Source: Octopus sinensis (lineage: Eukaryota). From it: a DNA stretch of 64,000 nucleotides. The notes under the pieces are model-generated. The model was not told where the DNA came from. It saw nothing but the letters and a program-made list of their open reading frames with translations, and searched no databases. The number at the start of each line of letters is the position of its first letter. Within the stretch, counting starts at the first letter, position 1. The position numbers were made by a program, and so were the translations under genes. Positions 1 through 13,410 of the stretch are shown here, one piece after another. The stretch lies in NCBI RefSeq assembly GCF_006345805.1, contig NC_043021.1, forward strand, positions 10,664,001-10,728,000, in the 5' to 3' direction.

Positions 1-190
1 CTGCCATTACGTTCTGAGTTCAAATTCCGCCAAGGTCGACTTTGCCTTTCATCCTTTCAGGATGTGTGTGTCATAACTATAAATTAAGTACCAGTTACAC
101 ACTGGGTTCGATCTAATTGACTTAATCCCTTTGTCTGTCCTTGTTTGTCCCCTCTGTGTTTAGCCCCTTGTGGGCAAAAGAAAAAAGAAA
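1..190 (+). mobile_element. SINE family A copy, cut by the window start
   Basis: B-box gttcaaattcc, core gactttgcctttcatcc, 3' end tttagccccttgtggg plus A-rich tail. Confidence 0.8.
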
Positions 191-204
191 AATAAGAAGT
201 TGTT

Positions 205-460
205 TCCTAACTGCAGGGTTCTGTATTCAGTCCCACAGCATGGCACCTTGGCCAAGTGTCGTCTGCTATAGCCCCAGGCTGACCAAAGCCTTGTGAGTTG
301 AATTTGGTAGATGGAAACAGAAAGAAGCCTGTCATACATGTGTATGTATGTGTGTGTGCGCACGTATCACTGTGTTTGTTCCCTGCCATCATTTTCCAAC
401 TGATGTTGGTTTGTTTACATCCCCGTAATTTAGTAAGTCCAGTGACTGAAAGAAGTAAAA
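205..460 (+). mobile_element. SINE family B (CORE-like) copy, diverged
   Basis: ttcagtcccac..gcaccttgg..aagtgtc core, internal (TG)n, tail gactgaaagaagtaaaag. Confidence 0.7.
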
Positions 461-664
461 GATGAAGGATATATATATATGTGTGTGTATGTGTGTATCT
501 ATATATGTTAGTGTGTGAGTATTCACAATTTCTATTGAATGTTGCTTTCTCGTAAGTTGTCAGGATTTGTTTGTTTAGATTGCTAGCTTGATTTCTAATA
601 ATACATGTGGGTGGGTTGAATTGTTGTATATATATATATATGTGTGTGTGTGTATATATATATA

Positions 665-765
<101 letters not shown>

Positions 766-1351
766 GTATGTATGTATACACACATGATAATAATATTGAA
801 TCATTAGATTTAATGTACTTCTGAAAAGTTTTGTTGCTGAGGTATAATATTACCTCTAAGAAATTGAGTTTATCTTGAGGTTACTACATTTATTTCTGCA
901 AGTCTTTCCTGAGAAAAAATATTGAATAGGCTCACAAAATCTCTCTCACTCTCATGCTATCACACACATAGGTACTTATTCAAAATCCATAACAGCATTG
1001 CTGTTAGGAATTATGAGTAATATGAAACTCCACTAGAATAAACATTTCCTTTTCCTGTGTTTGATTTTATTTTTGCCATTTTTTCACTCTCTTTGAATAG
1101 TATCTTGTTCCCTAATTAGTAATAATTAAAACTGAATTCATTTCTTTTATAAATTAATAGTACCGGCATGGAACTCTTAATGATATCCTTCTAGAGGAAA
1201 CATGAAATCCCTATTGAACACACACCATTTCCTTGTCATTCTGTTCTCTATTCTCTTTGTTCTTCCAAACAGTACTTTTGTTCAGTCGTTAGTAATTATT
1301 ATTTCTACTGTAGGCACAAAGCTTTGAAAATGTTTTGAAGGAAAAGGGCTA

Positions 1352-1525
1352 GTCGAATACATCGACCCCCCCCCCCCAGTGCGTAACTGGTACTTATTTT
1401 ATCGGCCCCGAAAGGATGAAAGGCAAAGTCAACCTCGGCAGGATTTGAACTCAGAATGTAACAGCAGACGGAACATTGCTAAGCATTTTGCCCAGTGTGC
1501 TAACAATTCTGCCAGCTCGCTGCTT
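1352..1525 (-). mobile_element. SINE family A copy
   Basis: Reverse complement of the family A head, B-box and core (ggatgaaaggcaaagtc, tttgaactcagaa). Confidence 0.8.
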
Positions 1526-1619
1526 TTGTTCAATCATTAATAATCTTAAGAGTAGGATTAAGAATTGGCAGAACCACTTAGGGGCCAGAAAAATCCTTTG
1601 CGATGTTTGTTCTGGCTTA

Positions 1620-2085
1620 AAGGCGTTGAGCTGGCAGAATTGTTAGCATGCGGCAAGCTAGCAGAAATGTTAGCACGCCGGGTGAAATCCTTAGCGGTAT
1701 CTCGTCTGCCATTACGTTCTGAGTTCAAATTCCGCTGAGGTCGACTATGCCTTTCATCCTTTCGGGGGTCGATAAATTAAGTACCAGTTACACACTTGGG
1801 GTCGATATAATCGACTTAATTCGTTTGTCTGTCCTTGTTTGTCCCCTCTGTGTTTAGCCCCTTGTGGGCAATAAAGAAATAAGAATTGTTAGCATGCTGG
1901 GCAAAACGCTTGGCAGCATTTCAGCTGTCTTTAAGTTCTGAGTTCAAATTTTGCTAAGATTGACTTTACTTTTCATCCTTTTAGAGTTGATAAAATAAGT
2001 ACCAGTTGAATACTGGGGTCAATGTAATCGACTTAGCCCCTCCCCCAAAACTGCTGGCATTGTGCTAAAATTTGAAACCAGTATT
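1620..2085 (+). mobile_element. Family A SINE (1652-1881) nested inside an older family A SINE
   Basis: 16-bp direct repeat agaattgttagcatgc at 1636-1651 and 1882-1897 flanks a near-complete copy. Confidence 0.85.
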
Positions 2086-3736
2086 TATTTTCGCTTTAAA
2101 AACAAAAGACAAATAGTAAATTGGTTTGGCCAATTTGTTTGAGAATCACATAGGTTGTTATGCAGTAATCCTTGTGGCTCTCTACATATGAAAAAAAACT
2201 TTGTCTTCTGAAGAATGAAGGCTTGTGGCCTAGTGGTTAGTGTGTTTCACCCATGATTGCAAGATTGTGGTTTCAACTCCTGGACTGGCACTACATTGTG
2301 TTATTGAGCAAAACACTTCATTTCACATTGCCTCAGTCCACTCAGCTGTAAATGGGTCACCCTATAATGGATGGGTTTTCTGTTCAGGGAGGATGTTGAC
2401 CAGCCTATTTTACATTCTGAGTTCAAATTCCGCCAAGGTTGACTTTGCCTTTCATCCTTTCAGGGTCGATAAATTAAGCACCAGTTGCACACTGGGGTCG
2501 ATCTAATCAACTGGCCCCTTCCCCCAAAAATTTCAGGCCTTGTGCCTAGAGTAGAAAAAAATGTTGGCCAGCCTGCCTGCTTGCCTATCAGCCCCCGTGC
2601 CTGCCTAGCAGGGTGGCATCTGCTGAAAGCTATGCAAACACAAGGAAATGCATTGTGACCAGCAGTGTAAAACAACATCCGGTGGTCTGAGGGATAGAGT
2701 GATATAGAGATATTTTAAAAAGCAACACGAGAAGGTGGATCGAGAAACATTACCCAAATAACTATATTGTGGTGCAACTAGTCGCATGTGTGCAAGTGCA
2801 CGTGTGTGTGTGTGTGTGTGTGCATGCATGTGCGTGTGTGTATTATTTTGATTTATAATACAGGAAACTCCACCCTGCAGATGCTAAAATATCCTTATCT
2901 CTAAAGTTATTTTCAAGTAATCTTCTTGTCAGTATTGTTCTTTAGTAATTAGGCCTCTTACCAATTTTGTGAGGAAAGGAGAGAAGAGGAAGGGATTAAG
3001 GGTTGCTTGGGAGGGGGGTGTAATTTTTTTTCGTTTCTTCTTTTTTGTTATTTTCAAGAAATTTCTCTTTCCTCATCATCTGATTTATCAATGGCTTTTA
3101 CTGTTGTTGTGTGTATATAGATGGTTTTCTGTTGTATCGGTAGTTATATTGTTTTTTTTTTCATTCTTAGCTGTTTAGCATTCAGGTAACTCTGTCAAAT
3201 TTCATGCTTATTCATTCGCATTATGGAGATGTACTTGCATAGCAAGTGACTTGATCTGAGATCGTGTGCTGGAACGAAAACATTGTTTTAAATTAACCAT
3301 GCATTATCTTGTAGCTTTGAGATTTCGATGATGTGATTGTTTCCTTTTAGAATGACATTGTAGAGTAGTTGTGTGAAGCCTGATCGGGGTCAGTTTGAAT
3401 ACAAAAGCATGTAGAATATTTGGGCCTGATTTGGCCAGTTTGAATGCTAAAGGGTTCAGCAGAGCTGCTGTACATGGTGTAGACCCCTGGAGACATCAGT
3501 ATGACAATTATTGATGTTTCTGTCTGTGATTATCCTAAGAGTTCTTTTATCGGATTTAGGATGTAGTCTGTGGCCCCACTTCATTTTATTTTTTTAAATA
3601 GAAAAGAGTTTGTTGTTCTGTGAATAAAAAAACTTAGAACGTGTGCCCCATATTTCAATCCTTTTATTACAATGGCTAATATACTTTTGATCATAGGTCT
3701 GTAAAGTGGTTGGCATAGGGAAGCTGTAGAAATCAA

Positions 3737-4055
3737 TTTTATTTTTTTTATTTATGCGCACTTTTCAAGCCTAGCCAGGCTCATGGGCCTGGTTTCCTGG
3801 TTTCTATGGTGTATGTGTTCCCCACAGCTGGACAGGACGCCAGTCCATTGCAGCGTTACTCAAGAAACAGGAACAAAGAGTGAGAGAACATTGGGCGAAA
3901 GAGTACATAGGGGTCGCCACCACCTGCTGCTGGAGCCTCATGGAGCTCTAGATGTTTCCGCTCAATAAATACACACAATGCCTGGTCTGGGAATTGAAAC
4001 CGCGATCCTCCGACTGTTAGTCTGCTACCCTAACCACTGGACCATTGCGCCTCCA
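3737..4055 (-). mobile_element. SINE family E, tRNA-like head, 13-bp TSD
   Basis: Minus-strand head tggaggcgcaatggtccagtggttagg...gtttcaattccc with A-rich tail; TSD ctgtagaaatcaa at 3724-3736 and 4056-4068. Confidence 0.8.
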
Positions 4056-4825
4056 CTGTAGAAATCAACCCAAGCCAAAATAAATTATAGGATTCTTGCG
4101 TGGCGCCCTGGCCTTGCAAGCTCTGTGAAGCCCTCCAACCCATGCCAGCTTGGAAAATGGATATTAAATGTTGTTGTTGATGTTGTTGATGATGATGATG
4201 ATGAATAGGAGCTCATTCTGGGACACATTGCACGTGGCAAGAGAGTTGGTCAGATTGGGTTTGAGTGCATTGAGACGTATATGTGCTTGGTATGTATGTT
4301 GTTGTTTAGCAGCAGTCTGCTTTATTCCAGCAGACCTATGATCAAAAACACACCAGCTATGACCATCCTGTTTTAATTTTTCTTTTCCCAGTGGGTTGTA
4401 ATAATAACTTTCTTTTGTTTGTTTGTTTGTTTTTTTGATTTTTGTGTTTTTTTTTTTTTTTTGTTGTTTTTTTAAAGATGGTATGGTGGTGCATGTTGAG
4501 ATGTGGCCACTATTTCTTGCAAGGAAAGCGAGCACATAGAGGATGTTTTGTTGGCAAATGTGTGTCAGGATGGAGGTGAGGTGCAGAAGGGGGAGGAAGA
4601 AGAAATTAGAGGAGAGGAGTATGGGGAGCAGTGTTGTTGCACGTGCGCATATGTGCATGGTGGAATTGGAATCTGATGTAAAAATGTGCAGCAAATACAA
4701 CCATCTGCATTAGCAGTACTATATACAGAGCCTTATTTTGGTTAGCAGAATGGTTGTGTGCACCAGTGTCTGGTGCGATAACACTGAGTAGATACCATCC
4801 TGTCTGCAAAAATATCAGTTACACT

Positions 4826-4856
<31 letters not shown>

Positions 4857-5123
4857 CATGCGTGTGTGCGTTTAAACAATCAAAATCTTTTGTTCTGAGA
4901 TTTCTTAATCTTTCTTTCTACTTTTATTTAAGAAAAATAGTTTGAATTACCATCAAATGTTTATTGTTGTTACTAATCATATACGTGAGAGAGGGAGGTA
5001 CACACTATCATCTTCTATCTTGCTATTATTATTATTTATTATTATTATTATTATTACTCTTTTACTTCTTTCAGTCAAAAGACTGAAACAAGTAAAAGAG
5101 ACTAAAAAAAAAAAGAGAATGTT

Positions 5124-5340
5124 AAAGGTAGCAAGCTGGCAGAATCGTTAGCACGCCGGACGAAATGCTTAGCAGTATTTCAGCAGTCGCTACATTCTGA
5201 GTTCAAATTCCTCTGAGGTCGACTTTGCCTTTCATCCTTTTGAGGTTTGATAAAATAAGTACCAGTTGAACACTAATGTCAATGTAATCAACTCATCCCC
5301 TCCCACCAAATGGCTGCCCTTGTGGCAAAATTTGAAACCA
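5124..5340 (+). mobile_element. SINE family A variant
   Basis: Head gcaagctggcagaatcgttagcacgccgg, B-box and core; ends aaatttgaaacca followed by (TTA)n. Confidence 0.85.
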
Positions 5341-5356
5341 TTATTATTATTATTAT

Positions 5357-5895
5357 TGAGTGAGAGAGCAGTACATGCCATCAAAGTGACACTGGGGTAA
5401 AATATACGAAGCCCAGTATACCCATCATGACTACCAGTATGATGAGGGTACACCAGGCACATGCATCACAACCATATGTGCGCGACATGGTGATCTCATA
5501 TCAAGATAAACAGCGCATGACCTTGCAGGTGGGGGCCCAGTTAGAATTTTCTTCTGGTTGAGTAGCCCATTCTCCTCAAAAGGTCCCTGAATAAGGATTG
5601 TTTAAGGATGTTGAATGAAACACCCATGTTTCCAAAGGTGAATTATTCAAACCCCAAAGAATCCCTCTATGCTCTCCCACTACTTCTGCTCATGGTCAGA
5701 GATGCACATATCGTCAGTCACTAAGGGACATGCTCAACTGGTTAAGGTCAAACAACTGACAAGCAAATCTGTGGTATTGAGCAGAATATTTACTTAGCCC
5801 ATCTTTTATACCAAGACAAAACAATGTACATGATAACACTTCCAATCAGTTAAGATCAGAAGCCACGAGAGCCTCTGCCTGGTACTGTATCGGGG

Positions 5896-5897
<2 letters not shown>
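5357..5897. mobile_element. Unclassified 541-bp element with TG...CA ends inserted in (TTA)n
   Basis: Begins tgagtgag and ends cggggca; (TTA)n on both sides; no ORF and no TIR beyond TG/CA. Confidence 0.55.
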
Positions 5898-5932
<35 letters not shown>

Positions 5933-6221
5933 AACCATTAAGTTTTTAAAATCGTTTCTGTAAATATCTTTTTTTGCGGATAAAGGTAAAACCTTCCGGT
6001 CTGTTGTGTTTTCTCATTTAATACAAATTTCCTTCATATAATGTGATGTGTAACAAAACTGACAAGAAACGACTCTGTCACTATTTGCAGACATGCAGCA
6101 AATTTCACTTTATGTGACTCAATTAAAACAAATTACTTAAATGATATGGAACCTTCTGTGACTTTCAAAATGTCATTAGAGTTCCATCTTAAAATGTTAG
6201 TATTCTCAGTACTTTTTGCTT

Positions 6222-6805
6222 GGTGTTTGGTGTTTGCAGTGGTCATTCCTTAACTTTTGATGTTTGCAGTGATCACTTTTTAGATTTTGGCATTTGCAGT
6301 GGTCTTTCTTTAATTTTTGCTGTTTGCAGTGTTCGCTCTGTAACTTTTGATGTTTGTTGTGGTCATTTAACTTTTTATGTTTGCAGTGATCATTCCTTAA
6401 TGTTTGTTTGCAGTGGTCATTCCTTAATTTTTGTTGTTTTCAGTGATGATTCTTTAATTTTTGATGTTTGCAGTGGTCATTCCTTAGTTTTTGCTATTTG
6501 CAGTGGTCATTACTTAATTTTTGTTGTTTGCAGTGGTCACCCCATAACTTTTGCTGTATGTAGTGGTCACTCCATAAGTTTTACTGTATGCAGTGGTCAC
6601 TCCGTAACTTTTGATGTTTGCAGTGATCACTCCATGACTTTTTTTCTATGCAGTGGTCACTCCATAACTTTTGCTGTATGCTGTGGCCACTCCTTAACTT
6701 TTGAGATTTTCAGGGGCCACTCTTTAATTTTTGGTGTTTGCAGTGGCCACTCTGTAACTTTTGATGTTTGTAGTGGTCACTCTTTAACCTTTGATGTTTG
6801 CAGTG
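6222..6805 (+). repeat. 30-bp minisatellite, about 20 diverged copies (consensus near GTTTGCAGTGGTCACTCCTTAACTTTTGAT)
   Basis: gcagtgg-type motif recurs at 30-nt spacing; two units are 27 nt. Confidence 0.93.
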
Positions 6806-7304
6806 TTATATTCCTGGTCTGTATTACTAACAATATCGCTTTCATATGAATATCCATATATTTCAAGTCAATAAGGGAGCATTCACATAGTTGCTCAACC
6901 TGCTAGATATAGCAGTCAAATCTTTCTCAAATCACAGAAGGGACATGTTAGTTGACGTTCTCCTTGATACAATAAAGAAAAAAAAGAAAAGGAAACTGGT
7001 TAGTCAGTGTTTGAAATCCTTTGACTGTAAATCTTCCAGGCAAGGTCTGATCAAGGCCTAACTAGCAATATTATTTAATATGTATACATGAAAAAAATTT
7101 CAACTTGTGGGCGATATAACTGCAAAAAAAATCTAAAAATCTTTTCTGCTTAAATGTATAAAATCTTGAATAATCACGAGTTAAGGTAGGACAGTGGATG
7201 GTGATAATGGTTGCTTGTGTGTTGAACAGAAGGTGTGTAGTATTCGTTGAAGGACAGTAGATGTCCATGGTAGAGCATCAGATGGTGGAAGGGAAGATTG
7301 GTAG

Positions 7305-7582
7305 AAGGCGGCAAGCTGGCAGAATCGTTAGCACGCCGGGCAAAATGCTTAGTGGTATTTCGTCTGCCGTTATGTTCTGAGTTCAAATTCTGCCGAGGTT
7401 GACTTTGCCTTTCATCCTTTCAGGGGTCAATAAATTAAGTACCAGTTATGCACTGCGGTCGATGTATTGACTTAATCTGTTTGTCTGTCCTTCTTTGTCC
7501 TCTCTGTGTTTAGCCTCTTGTGGGTAGTAAAGAAATAGGTATTTCGTCTGCTGTTACGTTCTGAGTTCAAATTCCGTCGAGG
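7305..7582 (+). mobile_element. SINE family A plus a partial second unit starting at ggtatttc (7538)
   Basis: Full head to tail taaagaaata, then ggtatttcgtctgctgttacgttctgagttc repeated. Confidence 0.85.
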
Positions 7583-9966
7583 AATTCACCTAGGAGAAGG
7601 CCTCTCCAATGCCAGAATCTACAGCTTGCTGGACACTGCAGCCATCTTAGCCTGCTGAACCACAGTGGTCAGATATCCAACTCTAAAGGGTGGGAGGGGA
7701 TTACACAGACTAATTCTCGCATCAAAACTACTAATCACAGGCAGGAAGAAAAGCCTTGAAGTGTTAGGGATCAGTTTACATAACCACTTGAGGGTGTGCC
7801 ACTCTTTCTCATAACCTTCAAACACAAAGAAACTACCATCATCATCACCATCATGTCCAGTGAACTTAACACTTCCTTCTTTATGTTGTATTAATAAATA
7901 CATCAAGAAAGACAAAATATAACCCCAGCCATAGGCTGTCTCAGGCAAGTTGATTAAATGATTAAAAAAAAACCCCAACAAAAACATTAAAAACAAGCTA
8001 TTCATTGAATCATTTTTTTTTTCAGTGTAGTTAGTTGTATTATATTCAAAATTTGGTCTTTATTTTCCTACAGATTACTAAATTCAGTACCAGTGATAGA
8101 ATGAGAATAAAAAAAAAAGAATACCAGTTAGTCAACCATCTCTGTTCCTTTCCTTCTTGTCCATTGTGCTGCCCCCTATGTGTGATCTATACTCTGTAGT
8201 AGCATGCTTTCATGTTGTTTTATGATTTGTTAAGAGCATGAGAATATGAGATAGAATTATGTTCATTATTTAGAATGGACGGTTAGGCATTCTAAACCTT
8301 GTTTGTTGTTACCACAATGTCTCGGCTGAGGACACCTATCCGTCCATTGTAAATAATGTGCGTAATTCCTCATCTTAAAAATATGAAATAAAGTTCTTTT
8401 GTATTGTGTTCTTTGAGTGCTTATGTACTGTGTTTCATATTCTGAGTAGCAAGTCGACAAGGGAACTTCTATATCAGACATGGGTAATGTTTTGGGGAAG
8501 TGGGTCACTTGAGACATAGGCCATCAAGTGAGCCACATTACTCAAAAAAAAAAAAACAGAAATTCAGAGTAATTTTTCATTAGGCATGCCATTCAGAAAG
8601 TCCTACATTGTCACTCACCTTGCTAGAAGTAACAGCTAATTCTCTCTAAATCACATACTACTGTCTTAGAAATGATGGCATAATCCCCTGCTGGATTGCT
8701 TTTGATCATAAGTCTCCTCAATCAAATGTATTCCTGGACAGCAAAGAATTTGTGGCACTAGTGTAATGCTGTTAATATATTGCTCTTAAGCTCCAGGCCA
8801 AGCCAGATTAAGCTGACTTGCGGCCAATGGTATTCTAGCTTTCACTCTTACTTTTTTTTATGTAGCATAAAACACGCTGCACAATGTGTTCTTTCTGCAT
8901 TTTTTTTTTGGAGGATACAGTGTGATTTCAGAGGAAGTTAGCTGTTATTTCTGAAAAGTCAATTGATTGCATGAAAGCTCCCTTGCTGGCAAGCTTATGA
9001 TGTGGGTTGAGCCTATAAGTAGATAACTTTTGACATGAGATTTTCAAGCAGGCACACAGACACAGTTGGATCCTCCCCAGGAGTGAGTATATAGTTTCAT
9101 CGTGATGGTTAGAATACCATCAGGTCCAGTCACCCTGGAGGTTTTTAGTGGCCTAAAATGGCAGAAGCTGGTAACTGTTCATATATGCAATGGGGAAGAA
9201 GCAGTGTTACATTACATTGTGTGTGTGTGTGTGTAAACAAGATTACATGTAAACAGAATTACATGTCTTAACCAAGGTTTCAGTCATTCACTTTTGATTG
9301 ATTGAGCAGATCAATTGCTGAACAGTTAAGCAAAAAGCCAATTGACCGAAAGCTTGATCAAGAAACATAACTCTATTTACCTTGCATATTAACAAACACG
9401 TCTTGATTTCTAAATACTTTGTAACATGGTCTTTTGGACACGTTATGGTATTGTAACATAAAAATCAAATAAAAATAACATACACATGTATGTATATACG
9501 TGCGTGTATGTGTTTATAGATCTGTATTTGTCTGTTAGAACAATGCGGACAATCTGATCATTGTGAGGGAAGGATGGCGGATGACTTTCGCAGTGACCTT
9601 GTTTAAACTGATGAGTTGAGTTGTGTCATTTTCCTCATCTGTGACCATCTTCAATCCGGTGGCAAGACCAGGTCAGGACAACTGGGGATGGATGGATGGA
9701 GACAGATGCAGTGGATGACCGAGATGTCTTGCTTGCTTCATCTTGCTTTCTGCACTCCACAGTGCGTTGCTGCAGCTGCCTTCTTGCCCATTGATCCATG
9801 GAGGTTTCTTCTGTAGAGTACACTGGATCCATTCCTTACATACATATGGCAGCAAGCCCTAACTTAAACCTAACTACTGATATACGTATGCATACATTTT
9901 TTTCATTTTTTGTATTACAAAACACAGGTATGTATATATATATTTATGAAAGTTTATGTGTGTGTG

Positions 9967-10010
<44 letters not shown>

Positions 10011-10199
10011 TGTACACACACATACACAGACACATGCACACATATGTATGCATTTATGAAAAAGTGAGTGTGCACACACACACTCCTCTTCAAAGCAGTT
10101 ATTATGTTGTTATTCTGCATATCTTTGCCTAATTTTACCATTCCATGCCACCTTCACTCATGTTCCGTTTCTTTGTTCTCTCTAACCCCTTTCCTACAG

Positions 10200-10300
10200 G
10201 AGTTGGCATCGAGTGCGCCTTTCCAACCTGAGGACAGTGATAAGAAAATGGAAGGTTATCTCTTCAAACGCACGACCAATGCATTCAAGTCATGGGTTAG
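10200..10300 (+). CDS. ACAP2: ACAP exon A, start of PH domain (ELASSAPFQPEDSDKKMEGYLFKRTTNAFKSWV-R)
   Basis: Acceptor ttcctacag|G, donor AG|gtaagt; 101 nt, phase 0 to 2; MEGYLFKR..NAFK.W.R is the ACAP PH motif. Confidence 0.95.
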
Positions 10301-11019
10301 GTAAGTTGTTGTTGTTATACCCTATTCATTCTCTGTACTTCAGGTATCTCCTCCTCCTCACTCTGTTGTTGTTATATTGTCATTATATTTTGCCAACTCT
10401 ATTTCTTGTTTATCTCCACTTAAACATATATGTTCTGTTAGAACAAACTGTACTGTGATAGGTACCACGAGAGAAACTCCCACATTGGCATTTTAGTATA
10501 AAATGCTTTCTAGTTTATATTGCTAGTAAAATGCTCTCGTTTATATTGCTAGTGCCTAGACCACCAGATCCTGTGATTTCAACCTTCCTTGGTCTTATCA
10601 GTGATGGACACTTAACTGCTAGAGATGGCAGTGATTCATCTTCCTGCCAGCAATATATAGAATAACTGTGCTAGAACAGGCGCTGGTGTTGCAATTAGCC
10701 AGTGAGCCTGTTCAAAGATATTTGTGAGCAACAGAGGCAGTTTAATACTGAGAGGTAATATTCATTCCCACTTGAAAGTGGATGTACTGTTAGGACAAAC
10801 TATACTGCAGTAGTTACCACGAGAGAAACTTTTATATCAGCATTTGGTACAAAATGCACTCTTGATTATATTGCTAGTGGGGAGATAAATCCCTGCCAGC
10901 TCCAGAGTCAAGACCACCTGGTCACATGATTTTGACCTTCCTTGGCCTTGTCAATGATGGACTCTTCACTGCTAGGAGTAGCAGTGATTCATCTTCTCCA
11001 CATGAGACGAAACCCCCTT

Positions 11020-11346
11020 CAGTCACAACACTGACGATGGGATTGCACCTAGAAAGTTACCCTCCAGGACACAAGTCCGGGCAAGGTTGTTTGTGGAAGA
11101 CCAGCAGTCGCCCATGCATACCGGCCTCCCCTCTCCGCACCACCAGTGTTATCCAAGGGAAAGGCAAAGGGGCCGATACAGCTTGGCACCTGTGACATTG
11201 CAACTCATTTCTACAGCTGAGTTAACTGGAGCAACATGAAATAAAGTGTCTTGCTCAAGAACACAACATGCAGCCCAGTCCAGGATTCAAGCTCACAACC
11301 TCACGATTGTAAGCTCGATGCTCTAACCACTGAGCCATGCGCCTTC
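11020..11346 (-). mobile_element. SINE family D, tRNA-like head
   Basis: Minus-strand aaggcgcatggctcagtggttagagc...gttgtgttcttgagcaagacact; homologous to 14554 and 49160. Confidence 0.8.
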
Positions 11347-13125
11347 ACCTTCTCCACCAGTGATATATAAAATTACAGTGCCAGAACAGGTGCTGGTGTC
11401 ATGGTTAGCCAGTAAGCTTGTAAAAAAATATATATTAGCGACAGAGGCAGTATTATATCACATTTATTCCTTTCATGTACTGTATTTTATCTTTTAGAAG
11501 GTATAGTGCCCAAGGTCCTTTACAAATCCTCTGAGGTTGGTGGGACATTACATTTCTGCCAATTCTCCACCCTGGGGGTCAGTACTTCACTTCAAAAGCA
11601 TCAGGCTATAAGAAATCTGCCTCAACAAATTCTTTCTGACCAATGCAAGCATGGGAATGTGGACATTAAATGATGGTGATGGGGATTCCTGAAAGAATGG
11701 AAAGCAAAGTTGATCTTAGTAAGATTTGAACTCAGAGCACAGTCAGAACAAAATCGGTTTAAAATTTTGGCACAAGGCCAGCAATTTAGGAGGAGGGGCT
11801 AAAGTTGATTACATTGTCCTCAGTGTTCAACTGGTATTTATTTCATTGACCCTGAAAGGGTGAAAGGCAAAGTCAACCTTGGTGGAATTTGAACTCAGCT
11901 TGTAAAGACAGATGAATGCCGCTAAGCATTTTGCCTGGCAGAATCATTAGTATTCCAGCTTGCCACCTTAATGTCAGAACAAATATTGCCGTCTCTTGTT
12001 GACTATGTTGTTGCTTAGTCTCGGTTCGGTTTTTGATTAATCAGACCTTTGGCCAAATGGGTTCCAGCCATTGGCATCCTTTCTGTTCTTTTCCAGACTT
12101 GTCTTGCTCTCTCTTTCTTTCTCTCTCTCTGTACTTTACAGACAAGATATGATTCGAAAGAGATTTTCACTATTGGTTCTACCAGGTCAACAAATTAAGT
12201 AGCAGCTCTCTTGTTGACCAATAGTGAACCAAATTGTTGTAGGTAGTGTTGTACTTTAACTACCCTTTCTTCCTACCATCCTCATACTTCTTTCCTATCT
12301 CAAAATCATGTATAAATCATCCTGAGTTCTGCTCTCTGCAGTGTTTACTTAGTAAGAGGATGAGGCTAAGGGAGTCCATATTTTTCTCTTCAACATTCAC
12401 CCTCCTTTATTCAAAGGCTTCATTTATCCAAATTCCAAATGTAGGTCGAGGTCAGTTGTGTTGACAGGAACCACATTACACCTTCTGACTTTCTTGTCTA
12501 CCCTTGAAACCAGATTTTCAAAAAGGCCTATCAGAACCGGAATTCATTTGAAATATTTGTTGCTAAAACAAACATAGTCTGACTTTGCATTTTATCAGTA
12601 GGGCGGAGTTGAATGAGCAATTGTAAAGCTTATATAATTGTGTCTGTTGACTTAATTATTTACAATTATATACAAATGTCAGGTGAGTTTATCAAATGTC
12701 ATTTTGGTATACTTGGATGTCTGCAATTCCTGTGCCATTTCATTTGGGTTTGCCAATGATTCACAGATTTTTTTTCTATCAATTTTCTTGCTCTATGCTT
12801 ATCACAGGTACCCATGACAACTGACTCAGTAATCATCTCTCAATACATTATCCAAATCATTGTGTGTACATATGTATTTGTGTGTGTTTGTATTGAAGTT
12901 AATTTGCCATGAGTTAAAACCCAAATTTGTTGAAGGAGAATGTCTGGTGACATCATCAGTTTCACTACAGCTAAAGGAAATCTTATGTATCACGTAGCTA
13001 TGACATCATAGCCTTTATACTTTGTCAAAGCTTTGACCCTCTTGAAGTTTATTTTTCCACACTTAAATCCTTTTTTGATGTGAATTGTCTGAGTTGTATG
13101 TGTATGGCATATACTGGATGTATAT

Positions 13126-13410
13126 CATCATCATCATCATCGTTTAACATCCATTTTCCATGCTACTATGGGCTGGACAGTTCGACTGGGGTCTGGGAAG
13201 CCAGGAGGCTGCACCAGGCTCCAGTCTGATCTGGCAATGTTTCTACAGCTGGATGCCCTTCCTAACGCTAACCACTTCATGAGTGTAGTGGGTGCCTTTT
13301 ACGTGCCAGGGGACGCTGGCAACGGCCATGATCAGTTGGTGCTTTTTACGTACCACTGACACGGAAGCCAGTCAAGGCAGCACTGGCATCGACTGGCTTC
13401 TGTGTCGGTG
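13126..13410 (-). mobile_element. SINE family C (RTE-type tail, (GAT)n end)
   Basis: (CAT)n followed by cgtttaac..ttccatgcta; ggatgcccttcctaac; gtgcttttacgtgcc. Confidence 0.8.
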
